Source: Thermodesulfovibrionales bacterium (lineage in GTDB: Bacteria > Nitrospirota > Thermodesulfovibrionia > Thermodesulfovibrionales > SM23-35). From it: a stretch of DNA of 64,000 nucleotides. The notes beneath the pieces are model-generated. The model saw nothing but the letters and a program-made list of their open reading frames with translations, searched no databases and was not told the DNA's origin. How positions within the stretch are numbered: the first letter of the stretch is position 1; the number at the start of each line of letters is the position of its first letter. The DNA lies in the NCBI GenBank assembly GCA_049302065.1, contig JBAQLU010000249.1:18539-82538 (forward strand), given 5' to 3'. This document shows positions 18,568 through 26,759 of this stretch, in pieces. Both the position numbers and the translations under genes were made by a program.

Positions 18568-19149
18568 TTAATATTTATAAAGCGTCTTGATCGCTTCTCT
18601 TACAACCTTTAACATAGCCTCACTCATCGTATCTGCCCGTGCACCAAAATGTCTTGCCCAGAAACCAGCACCTCCGCGTGTCTTTGTAACTGACCAAATA
18701 ATACTGCCAGAGCCTGTATCTGCCATCATCAGTGTAATAGAAACTTCGGGCGCAGATACGTTTCCTTCCCTAATCTCTCCGTATTTACTAACCGCGCCGA
18801 TAATAACAGCCTGTACCTTAAGGGCTTTCCCTATAGCCTTTATCTGGTCTGCATTTGGAGATTGACCTGTTTTAAGCTTAAGGGTTTCGAGTGCAGCTAC
18901 CGCATCTCCGGGGCATACTACATCAACAAGACCCGAGGCTAAAAGCTCACTGATTACCACCTGTCTTACAGCATCACCTGCAAATTTATCGTTCGTCAGA
19001 TTATCCAGAGGCAATACCGCTACCCTTTTTATAAAACTTAAGTCTATATCCTGACTTACATAATGGGAAGGAGAGGCTTTTCCACCACAGCCCGTCAAAA
19101 AATATAATAAAAGCATCCAAATTATGAAAAATATCTTCAGCATTCTCAT
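18568..19149 (-). CDS. Small lipoprotein (VAVLPLDNLT motif; FlgO/CsgG/LpoB-like class)
   Basis: 193-aa ORF with lipobox LTGC. It is paralogous to 19205..19846, sharing the C-terminal G(G/P)xFWxRHFGxxxxxxSEA motif. Confidence 0.65.
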   Translation of the reverse strand: MRMLKIFFIIWMLLLYFLTGCGGKASPSHYVSQDIDLSFIKRVAVLPLDNLTNDKFAGDAVRQVVISELLASGLVDVVCPGDAVAALETLKLKTGQSPNADQIKAIGKALKVQAVIIGAVSKYGEIREGNVSAPEVSITLMMADTGSGSIIWSVTKTRGGAGFWARHFGARADTMSEAMLKVVREAIKTLYKY

Positions 19150-19204
19150 CTTTTCTTACCTCTCAAAAACTTTCTGTTAGTAATGTTCACAACAATAAAC
19201 AACA

Positions 19205-19846
19205 TTAAAATAATGAACCGATAGACTCCCTTACTACCTTCCCGGCAGCTTCACTCAGTGAAGGTCCTTCTGAACCAAAATGTCTGGTCCAGAAGTCAGG
19301 GCCGCCGGTTGTATGACGCACCGACCAGACAATATTTCCTGAATTTACCTCAATCATTCTTAAATTTATGGTAACCTCCGGATAACTGACCGAAATACCC
19401 CTGCCTGTCCCGAATGCCTCTACAGATCCTAATATTACTGCTTCTACATTTAAAGCTTTTCCGATCTCCTGGATTTCTGAAACTTTTACAGATCCGAGGG
19501 ACTTGATCTTCATTTCCCTAAAAAGTCTTGTTACCTCACCCGGCTCAATCACATCAACATCCCTTGAAAGAAGTTCTGTAATTGCTATTCTCCTTATCTT
19601 TTCACCAGCATAATCATCCTGAGTAAAGTTTTCAAAAGGTAAAATAGCTACTTTTTTGACGCTTTCAACATCAGTTTTTGGACGGACAAAATGTGTGGGT
19701 CCACATCCTTGTATAAAAAACAGCAAAAAACATATGGCATAGAGCATAGAGCATAGAGCTAATCCCCCCACCCCCCCTTTTGTAAAGGGGGGTAAGGGGG
19801 GATTAACGTATAGAGTTTTTTTCATTTTGTTCTTTGCTATTTTCAT
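19205..19846 (-). CDS. Small lipoprotein, paralog of 18568..19149
   Basis: 213-aa ORF with lipobox IQGC and motifs VAILPFENFTQDDYAG and GGPDFWTRHFGSEGPSLSEA. The N-terminal ~33 codons run through a heptamer array and a GC palindrome. The true start is uncertain (ATG at 19846, 19825 or 19747). Confidence 0.6.
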   Translation of the reverse strand: MKIAKNKMKKTLYVNPPLPPFTKGGVGGLALCSMLYAICFLLFFIQGCGPTHFVRPKTDVESVKKVAILPFENFTQDDYAGEKIRRIAITELLSRDVDVIEPGEVTRLFREMKIKSLGSVKVSEIQEIGKALNVEAVILGSVEAFGTGRGISVSYPEVTINLRMIEVNSGNIVWSVRHTTGGPDFWTRHFGSEGPSLSEAAGKVVRESIGSLF

Positions 19847-19887
19847 TTTACTCTCTACTCTTAGCCCTTTGCTCTTCGCTCTTTGCT
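19731..19887 (-). repeat. Heptamer-array inverted pair (19731-19761 and ~19850-19887) with a nested GC-rich palindrome (19761-19803)
   Basis: The first arm is catatggcatagagcatagagcatagagcta. The palindrome is aatcccccccaccccccctttt g taaaggggggtaaggggggatt. The second arm is actctctactcttagccctttgctcttcgctctttgct, beginning just after the OMP stop codon. Confidence 0.8.
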
Positions 19888-19891
19888 ATTG

Positions 19892-22216
19892 TTACCAGAA
19901 TCTGCACGTCAGATTACCTCCGATATTATATGTCTTCAACTTTTTTTCTTTCTCATCACGTGTATAGATATAGTTTAACTGAAGATCTGAAAATTTCGTT
20001 ATGTACCACATTACATAGCTGCTCAGTGAATGAACAGTATTTGGTCCTGGTTCTGTTTTACTATGCTGGTAGCTTAAATTCATCCTGATTGCCGGCAAAA
20101 AAAGCCAGTCAATAATCATTCCTTCCGAGATATTTGTATCTCCATCCGTATCTGATACCTTAATATTACCCGAAAGATTGATAAACCTTCCAGGTCGATA
20201 GGTTAAAATAAAATAACCGTCCTTTGAAGTTGTGGAAGTGGTGCCTGATGTTCGTGTAAGACCAAACGAAAGATTTCCTGATAGTTTTTGGGTAAGGCGG
20301 GCGTCAAGCGTATTTCTTATATATTTTGTAGAAGTTCCGGTCTTTTCAGTAATTGTTGTTTCAGAAATTTGACGTTCTGTCGGAAAACTCTCTGATCGTG
20401 TATAACCAATATCAGTAATCATGTTGACATCCCTGTATAAGCGGGAACCGATTGTCAGGAAATACAGGGTATTCATGGATTGTTTCTCATCGAAACTGTA
20501 ACTGTAGGTTCTGATGAAAGATAAGTTTGTATTAAGTGTCGGCAGAGGAGATGAATTAAAGGTTAAGGAATATGTATCAGACACGATATCGGTTTTACTG
20601 ATATCCGTTTCGTCTTTATTGTCAAATGCTTCATTCCTTTGAAAACGCACTGTTGTTGTCAGCAGCCTGTGGGTAAGCCATGTTGAGCTTATCCCGTAGG
20701 TCCTTGTTATATTGCTTCTTAATTTATTGTCTTCTTCATTTGTAGGTTTTTTGAATATGCTTTGAAATGCACTCCCGATGGAACCCAAAACTGAATCGGG
20801 GTTTTCGTCTGCCTTGTTTAAAAAGTAATTAAGCGAAAAGGTGAGTCTGTTGAAGGGTCTTAAGTTAGCTAACAGGTTAATACCATGCGTAAAGAATGTG
20901 GTGACGTCCGTAATCTTTCCTGACTGTGGTATTACATCCGTACCGAATGCCTCGATTTCCGTCACTAAGACATCATTTATCGAAGCATTTTCCCTATTGA
21001 TCACTCTGAAATATGAACCACTTTGTGGATTAAAAAATCGTATCTCATACCGATAAACCGTATTCAGGATATCAAATGCAGATACTGTTACAGTCTGGAC
21101 AGGTATTTCCGTCCATGTAGCAGGCAGATTAAAGTCACTCAGGTATACCCTCCAGTTGTTTACATTGATGAGATTTGTATCTGATCTAACATCTTTATTT
21201 ACATAAATAAATAGTGTATCTACAGGTTTTGTTGTTGAAAATAATTGAATACCTATGTTATGGAATTTATTTCCGTTCTGGCCGATATTAATCGTACCTG
21301 CAGCAGTAGTTACCGGGACATTGTAAATATTATCAATCAGTGCATTGGCGGGGATCAATGTATCAACGTCTGGTTGGAGTTGTGTCCCCAGTCCATACCT
21401 GCCGGATGAGGGTGTACGCTCAAAAGGCACATTGCCGGTCTGAGTAGCATACTGGTCATTTTTGTTCCGGACATAATTTCCCTGATAGCCGGCTGATACA
21501 TTGGCTCTGCCGCTCCAGAAAGACTTATTGTAACCAAGGCTGTATAATGCATTAAGGCTGTTGTTGATTGTTTTTGAAATTGTACCTATCGGTGTTTTAC
21601 TCTCATTTCGTGTGTATGTGAGGTTATATGATATTTTTATATCTTTGTACAATACATCATACCAGGAACTACCTGAAAATCTATTATTAGTGGTATCAAT
21701 TTTCCTTTCTGAAAGATGGTCGTAATCCTTCTGCCTGTCAAACTGAAGTGACAGGGAAGGTAAATCATAAGGTCTCACATTCAAGCGTGCATAATAAAAT
21801 TCAGTGGTTTTTCTGCTGTCATCACTCAGATTTGCCGTTGACCACTGCTCCAGGCGCCGCGTTCCGACATCCAGACCATAAATAGGGTTTCGAAAAGAAA
21901 GATCTAATGCAGGCTCTATCGCCCTCTGGTAAGTCTTTGTTGTTTTATCCTGAGAATCGGTAGTATGCGAGTTTGTAAGATTAGTCCTGAGATATAGCTG
22001 ATAAGAGATCAGCGGGGTGATTGATTTGTCCAAACGAAGATAATAATTCTGATTAAGATTATCTGAGGTCTGACTCCTTTTGTCATCTTCGAACTGTTTC
22101 ATATAAGTATAATTTATATTAAACCATGCACTTGGGCCTTCAGCATAAGCTGATGAACAAAAAAAAAGCATAAAGCATAGAGCGAAGAGCATAGAGCGAA
22201 GAGCATAGAGTTTCAT
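19892..22216 (-). CDS. Large outer-membrane beta-barrel protein with an inserted discoidin-like jelly-roll domain
   Basis: 774-aa ORF with a signal peptide ending AYA/EG. Alternating amphipathic strands run throughout and the C-terminus is ...NLTCRFW (aromatic terminal residue typical of OMPs). Residues ~262-427 (ALIDNIYNVP...NWRVYLSD...GSYFRVIN...VLVTEIEAFG) look like the jelly-roll modules of the giant cytochrome. Confidence 0.75.
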   Translation of the reverse strand: MKLYALRSMLFALCFMLFFCSSAYAEGPSAWFNINYTYMKQFEDDKRSQTSDNLNQNYYLRLDKSITPLISYQLYLRTNLTNSHTTDSQDKTTKTYQRAIEPALDLSFRNPIYGLDVGTRRLEQWSTANLSDDSRKTTEFYYARLNVRPYDLPSLSLQFDRQKDYDHLSERKIDTTNNRFSGSSWYDVLYKDIKISYNLTYTRNESKTPIGTISKTINNSLNALYSLGYNKSFWSGRANVSAGYQGNYVRNKNDQYATQTGNVPFERTPSSGRYGLGTQLQPDVDTLIPANALIDNIYNVPVTTAAGTINIGQNGNKFHNIGIQLFSTTKPVDTLFIYVNKDVRSDTNLINVNNWRVYLSDFNLPATWTEIPVQTVTVSAFDILNTVYRYEIRFFNPQSGSYFRVINRENASINDVLVTEIEAFGTDVIPQSGKITDVTTFFTHGINLLANLRPFNRLTFSLNYFLNKADENPDSVLGSIGSAFQSIFKKPTNEEDNKLRSNITRTYGISSTWLTHRLLTTTVRFQRNEAFDNKDETDISKTDIVSDTYSLTFNSSPLPTLNTNLSFIRTYSYSFDEKQSMNTLYFLTIGSRLYRDVNMITDIGYTRSESFPTERQISETTITEKTGTSTKYIRNTLDARLTQKLSGNLSFGLTRTSGTTSTTSKDGYFILTYRPGRFINLSGNIKVSDTDGDTNISEGMIIDWLFLPAIRMNLSYQHSKTEPGPNTVHSLSSYVMWYITKFSDLQLNYIYTRDEKEKKLKTYNIGGNLTCRFW

Positions 22217-22282
22217 GCTCTTTTTCCTTTGCTCTTAGCTCTTAGCTCATTGCTCATTGCTCTTTGCTCATTGCTCTTCGCT
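22167..22282 (-). repeat. Heptamer-array hairpin with the OMP start codon in the loop (arm 22167-22210, loop tttcat = ATGAAA, arm 22217-22282)
   Basis: The sequence reads agcataaagcatagagcgaagagcatagagcgaagagcatagag tttcat gctctttttcctttgctcttagctcttagctcattgctcattgctctttgctcattgctcttcgct. Confidence 0.85.
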
Positions 22283-23936
22283 AATAAGGAAACATCGCTA
22301 TCCCATACGGTTTTTTCCCTACAGGGATAACCTTTTCTTCCCTGCTCGTAGTTTTATCTATTACCGAGACATTATCCGAACCCCTATTGACTACGTAAAT
22401 CTTTCTACCTTCGGGATCTAAGATTAAGGATCTTGGAGAATTCCCTACCGTGATTGTTCCCATTACCGGTGCTATGGTTGTTTTAACCGTGCTTAATGCT
22501 TCGGAAAATGGCCTAATGATCATTATCTCGCCGGAGATCTCCTTTAATAAATAGATTCTGTCAAGATCAGGGTCAGAGATAATCCCTACAACAGAAGTCC
22601 CGACATTTGTAATAGAACTGACAGCTCCGGGTCTATTAATAATCTGAATAATATCAATAACCGAGAGATTGTCATAATTATAATTACCTACATAAACCTT
22701 TGCCCTTTGATAATCGGCTGCAATCGCTATTGGTCTCCAGTCAACACTTAATTGCATAATTCCATCAACCCTGCTGTTATGAATATCCATTCTTATAATC
22801 GAGACATCCCTGGAATTCTTATTCGCAACATATACATTGAAAAACTTCTCACGATAATTTCTTAATAAAAGGAGATCATCAAAGCTGAGAAATCTTGAAC
22901 CTGACAGACTCTCAATCGGTGGGTCTGCGGCGATTGCGATAGGTCCACTCCCTACATTTATTTTTTCAATCTCCTGATAGGTTGAGGTATCAATAACAGA
23001 GACGTTGTCAGAACCATAATTTGTTACAAATATAAGTTCTTTTTTAGGAGATATCTTTGTAACAGCTACCCCTTCTGGTTCCCTGCCAAACCTTATCGGT
23101 ATTTCCATCTCAACCTTATGGACAGTAGGGTCTATAACGGAAATACTGTTTGAGCCTGAATTAGCCACATAAACCCGTGGATATTCTTTAACCTGGCTCA
23201 CTGCAACGCCCCTCGGTTTCTTTCCCACCATTATAGTTGCAACGATTTCACCTGATTGTCTGTTAATGACAGAGACATTATTTGAACCTTCATTCGTCAC
23301 ATAGATAAGCAAAGTACTTAATTCCGGGACCTGACCTTTGACAGCGAATACAGGATTGAAAAGGTATCCGTCTGCAACGGAAGCATCGGCGTTCCAGTTT
23401 AAAAATAATGACGTGTTCTGGTTTCTTGTTATCGTAATATCTATACTTATCTCTATCCCTTCGGGTGGAAGCGCCAGATTTGCTGTTTTGTCTTTTTTCC
23501 GGATCAAAGCTTGTTTCACTATGAGCTGAAGTTTCTTGTATCTGCCCTCGGGCAGATATCTCTCACCCAGACGCACCTGACGACCCGTAAGAGATATTGA
23601 ATTTATATTCACCGGGGTATTCATAATCTCTCTGTATGTACCGTCTTCTGACAGAATATTGACTGCTGCAAGTTCAAATGTTAAATCCGTTGAGGTTATA
23701 TCAGGCCCTTTCAGAAGAACAGTAATCTGCCCATTGGTTGTACCCGGAGACTCAATGTACTCCTGAACAGATGCACACCCCACCCCGAAAACAAGCAAAG
23801 AGCAAAGAGCTAATAGCAAAGAGTTCTTAGCAAAGAGCTTAGAGCGAAGAGCAAAAAGTTTAGAGCCGCCGACTAAAAGCCTAAAGCGAATAACTAAATT
23901 TTGAGATTTTTTATAAAGCCGCTCATCATTCGACAT
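22281..23936 (-). CDS. Lipoprotein with an N-terminal DUF4382-like domain and a YVTN-family beta-propeller
   Basis: 551-aa ORF with lipobox VFGVGC. Six YVTN-type blades are visible: YVTNEGSNNVSVI, YVANSGSNSISVID, FVTNYGSDNVSVID, YVANKNSRDVSII, YVGNYNYDNLSVID and YVVNRGSDNVSVID. Confidence 0.85.
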   Translation of the reverse strand: MSNDERLYKKSQNLVIRFRLLVGGSKLFALRSKLFAKNSLLLALCSLLVFGVGCASVQEYIESPGTTNGQITVLLKGPDITSTDLTFELAAVNILSEDGTYREIMNTPVNINSISLTGRQVRLGERYLPEGRYKKLQLIVKQALIRKKDKTANLALPPEGIEISIDITITRNQNTSLFLNWNADASVADGYLFNPVFAVKGQVPELSTLLIYVTNEGSNNVSVINRQSGEIVATIMVGKKPRGVAVSQVKEYPRVYVANSGSNSISVIDPTVHKVEMEIPIRFGREPEGVAVTKISPKKELIFVTNYGSDNVSVIDTSTYQEIEKINVGSGPIAIAADPPIESLSGSRFLSFDDLLLLRNYREKFFNVYVANKNSRDVSIIRMDIHNSRVDGIMQLSVDWRPIAIAADYQRAKVYVGNYNYDNLSVIDIIQIINRPGAVSSITNVGTSVVGIISDPDLDRIYLLKEISGEIMIIRPFSEALSTVKTTIAPVMGTITVGNSPRSLILDPEGRKIYVVNRGSDNVSVIDKTTSREEKVIPVGKKPYGIAMFPY

Positions 23937-24289
23937 AATTCCTCGAGTTTTAACAAGATTGTTTGTTTAACGTGATTTTGTATATATTCTCTTTTTTCGA
24001 AAAGAATCATCATGTTTGCATTTTCGAAACAAGATCTTTTAGCAATATTTAAAAATTGAACAAATTCCTTTTTGGAATTACTTCCCGAACCTTCTGCTAT
24101 ATTATTTGATATTGATAGAGCAGCTCCTCTTAACTGCTCAGCAAATTTATATAACTTTTTCCTTTCAAGATCATCAGAAATATCAAACAAATTTCCCGCA
24201 ATCTCTATTGATTTTTTCCATATCTCTAAATTCTCAAATCTAAACATCTGTATTTCCTACTCTTTGCTCTATGCTCTTTGCTCTTCGCT
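23793..24289 (-). repeat. Split heptamer-array pair (long arm 23793-23892, short opposite arm 24259-24289) bracketing the four-helix-bundle gene
   Basis: The long arm is aagcaaagagcaaagagctaatagcaaagagttcttagcaaagagcttagagcgaagagcaaaaag.... The opposite arm is actctttgctctatgctctttgctcttcgct. The 354-nt ORF 23894..24247 lies between them. Confidence 0.75.
23894..24247 (-). CDS. Four-helix-bundle protein (23S rRNA intervening-sequence protein family)
   Basis: 117-aa ORF: FENLEIWKKSIEIAGNLFDIS...FAEQLRGAALSISNNIAEGSGSNSKKEFVQFLNIAKRSCFE. The FxxLxVWQKA...QLxRAAxSIxxNIAEG...FL..A.GS..E pattern is diagnostic of this family. Confidence 0.85.
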   Translation of the reverse strand: MFRFENLEIWKKSIEIAGNLFDISDDLERKKLYKFAEQLRGAALSISNNIAEGSGSNSKKEFVQFLNIAKRSCFENANMMILFEKREYIQNHVKQTILLKLEELCRMMSGFIKNLKI

Positions 24290-25271
24290 ATTCATTTGCT
24301 TTAAACACCTGTATCCTGTCATTAAAGGTATCGGCAACAAGTACCCTGCCCTGAGAGTCAACAGCTATATCCCTCGGATACTGAAACCATCCTTCACCCC
24401 AGCCCAGGCCGCCAAATTCAAATAAATATTTCCCATCCTTATCATAGGCAGATACAGTATGACGCATATAATCTACCACATACATCCTGCCATTGCGATT
24501 ATCCACACCAACTGCCCGAGCCCGGCTTAGCTTACCCTTGCTTCCTCCCTTTTGCCCGAATTTAAAAAGAAATTTTCTATTTTCATCATATACATAGATG
24601 TGTCCTTCCTCCTCGCTTACAAGATATATCCTGCCTTCTTTATCCACAGTCACGTAGTCTAATTTCACCTTCTTCCCTTCTTCCTCGGGTGATAAGATCT
24701 CCAATAGCTCCCCCTGATTATTCAGAATCAGAATGCCTGAAAAGTATGACCCGGCTACGTAAATATTTCCATTTTTATCCGTAGACAGGCGATAGGGCAT
24801 AAATGAATCGGCTCCCTCAAAACCCTTTAAATAGATATCACGCTCCCATTTAAAACATGCATTAAAAACCGAAATCTTATGTCTGGGATTCTCCTTTGTT
24901 GCGCTATGAGCAACATAAAGGTTACCTTCAGCATCTACAGTCAAGCCCTGTGGTGTTTCAATACCGTACTTTTTGCTAAGGGTAAAGACGGGGAAAAAAT
25001 CTGATGTATATATTATTATCTTAGTTTGACTAATAACATAAATCTCATTACTGATCGGGTCTGAGAACACAAAAGAAGGGAAGTGTATCTTACCCCCTTC
25101 CTCATCCTCAGTTATAACATCAAGATAGGTTACCGAGGTAACGGCCTGCTGTGCAACGAGTTTGTGAGGAATACATAGCACATAGCAAAGAGCAAGGAGC
25201 AAACAGCTAAAAGCTAACAAAGTAGCACGTTTTTTTCTCTCAAGATCATTTAAATTCTCAAACCTAAACAT
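24288..25271 (-). CDS. Secreted NHL-repeat six-bladed beta-propeller protein
   Basis: 327-aa ORF. NHL blades include LYVAHSATKENP, IYVAGSYFSGILILNNQG, IYLVSEEEGHIYVYDENRKFLFKFG, MYVVDYMRHTVSAYDKDGKYLFEFG and VLVADTFNDRIQVF. The first 14 codons are a remnant of a four-helix-bundle gene. Confidence 0.85.
   Translation of the reverse strand: MFRFENLNDLERKKRATLLAFSCLLLALCYVLCIPHKLVAQQAVTSVTYLDVITEDEEGGKIHFPSFVFSDPISNEIYVISQTKIIIYTSDFFPVFTLSKKYGIETPQGLTVDAEGNLYVAHSATKENPRHKISVFNACFKWERDIYLKGFEGADSFMPYRLSTDKNGNIYVAGSYFSGILILNNQGELLEILSPEEEGKKVKLDYVTVDKEGRIYLVSEEEGHIYVYDENRKFLFKFGQKGGSKGKLSRARAVGVDNRNGRMYVVDYMRHTVSAYDKDGKYLFEFGGLGWGEGWFQYPRDIAVDSQGRVLVADTFNDRIQVFKANE
25173..25226 (-). repeat. Single heptamer array encoding the h-region of the NHL protein signal peptide
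   Basis: The array reads acatagcacatagcaaagagcaaggagcaaacagctaaaagctaacaaagtagc. In sense orientation it translates to ATLLAFSCLLLALCYVLC. Confidence 0.75.
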
Positions 25272-25408
25272 CTTAATCTCCTATATGCCATTTACTATCC
25301 TTAGCTTGGACAGGTATGATCAATTATGTCAATTATTTGCTCTTAAAAAAATAAGATAAGGAGAGCAGAAATTTCTGCTCTCCTTATCTTCAGTGTCTCA
25401 AGTTCTAA

Positions 25409-26422
25409 CTACCGCTGAGCAACATGGCAGGTTTCACAGCCATTGTTGTTTGTTGAATTCCCTGCATTCATAGTACTGTAGGTAAACCTCAGGATGTCTT
25501 TCTGGGTAGTACCGTGGGCCCTGTGGCAGCTCATGCACGAGGCCTTCCCATTAGCTGTTGTGTATGCCGTACCGGTAGTCATGTCCGTAGTCAACATGCC
25601 GGCAATCTGTGCAGTTGTAAATGCGAACGGGGTCTCATTAAGCTCTGCGTTTGTTGGTGTAAATAATGTAGCCACAATATTGGTTATCAAAGCTTCTTCG
25701 TCAGTCGGATGGCGTTTGAAGGGACTTGTTCCAGTGTCAGTTGTATTGGCCGACCCGTGGAAGTTCCCGTGGCAGTTGCCGCAGAAGGCGCTTATACTAT
25801 CAGTGCCGTCGCCGTCGTATACGTTGTGGTTGCCAGATGTAGCGCCGCCCGCTTCATAAATAGAAGACTCCTTACCACCTACTAAAGTTCCGGCTGCACC
25901 GGTATTGCCTGCTTGTACATACAGCCATCTGAAGGCAGTGGAAGTACCGTGATGCATACCATGTACACCCAGGTCCGGGGAGGTACCATGTTTGCCGTGG
26001 CATCCGTATGTGCCCTCACATGTCACCTTGTTTGAAGCCCAGGTTAATCCGGCAGTGTAGCCGGGCGGAGTCTTAACCCAGACATCACCAGCGACAATAT
26101 CGTGTCTCGTGTCTTGATCAGCAGCACCAACATCGTAATCCCCACCTGCTGTAGAAAGGGCACCGGCACCAACACCACTAGCATTGGCAGTTCCATCGAT
26201 CTTGGGAGCAAGCGCTGCGCCGCCACTGACATGACAGGCCAAACAAGAGTACAATGTGAGATAGGGTTGCTGGCCAGTGGTACCCAAGTCGCTCACCCCA
26301 TTTTGGCTATCGTGCATAGTGTGGCAGGTGACGCATGTTCCGGTAACCGCAGCATTAGCAAAGCCATACGTTAGGACAAGAGAAAGAAGAGCAATAACAC
26401 CTACGATTAATATCTTTTTCAT
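25409..26422 (-). CDS. OmcS-like multiheme cytochrome, paralog 2 (5 CXXCH + 1 CX5CH)
   Basis: 337-aa ORF with a normal signal peptide (ANA/AV). Motifs are CVTCHTMHDSQNG, CLACH, CEGTYGCHG, FCGNCHGNFH..FKRHP, CMSCHRAHG and GCETCH. Confidence 0.8.
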   Translation of the reverse strand: MKKILIVGVIALLSLVLTYGFANAAVTGTCVTCHTMHDSQNGVSDLGTTGQQPYLTLYSCLACHVSGGAALAPKIDGTANASGVGAGALSTAGGDYDVGAADQDTRHDIVAGDVWVKTPPGYTAGLTWASNKVTCEGTYGCHGKHGTSPDLGVHGMHHGTSTAFRWLYVQAGNTGAAGTLVGGKESSIYEAGGATSGNHNVYDGDGTDSISAFCGNCHGNFHGSANTTDTGTSPFKRHPTDEEALITNIVATLFTPTNAELNETPFAFTTAQIAGMLTTDMTTGTAYTTANGKASCMSCHRAHGTTQKDILRFTYSTMNAGNSTNNNGCETCHVAQR

Positions 26423-26759
26423 CTCTTTTCACCTCCTTTCTTTTTGTATTAGCAAAAAAGCTTGCCAGTTTTAGAAAACTTCTAATTTATCATTTGATAA
26501 TTTTTAATTGCTTAATATTAGGATTATATGACCTGTCTTTTACCTATTATTAACATATAAATGCAATATCCGTTCCACTATACTAAGTATTTGATTCTAC
26601 TAAAATTTAAGTGCCATTACTAAGCAATTGCTTAATATAATATATTTACTATACTACTTGTCAAGATAAAATTATTATTTGCTTAATATTGTAAAGTATC
26701 CTGCATTCTCAAAAATGAGAATGAGAATGAGACGGAAATGAGAATGGCAGGAAAGCTGG

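Noticed and set aside
26714-26746. An ATGAGA hexamer run (atgaga atgaga atgaga cggaa atgaga atgg) just downstream of OmcS-like paralog 3.
   Set aside because: It is real as a short tandem repeat, but it is only four units, has no inverted partner and no obvious position-specific role. It is too little to build a claim on. It may be a minor member of the same repeat phenomenon.
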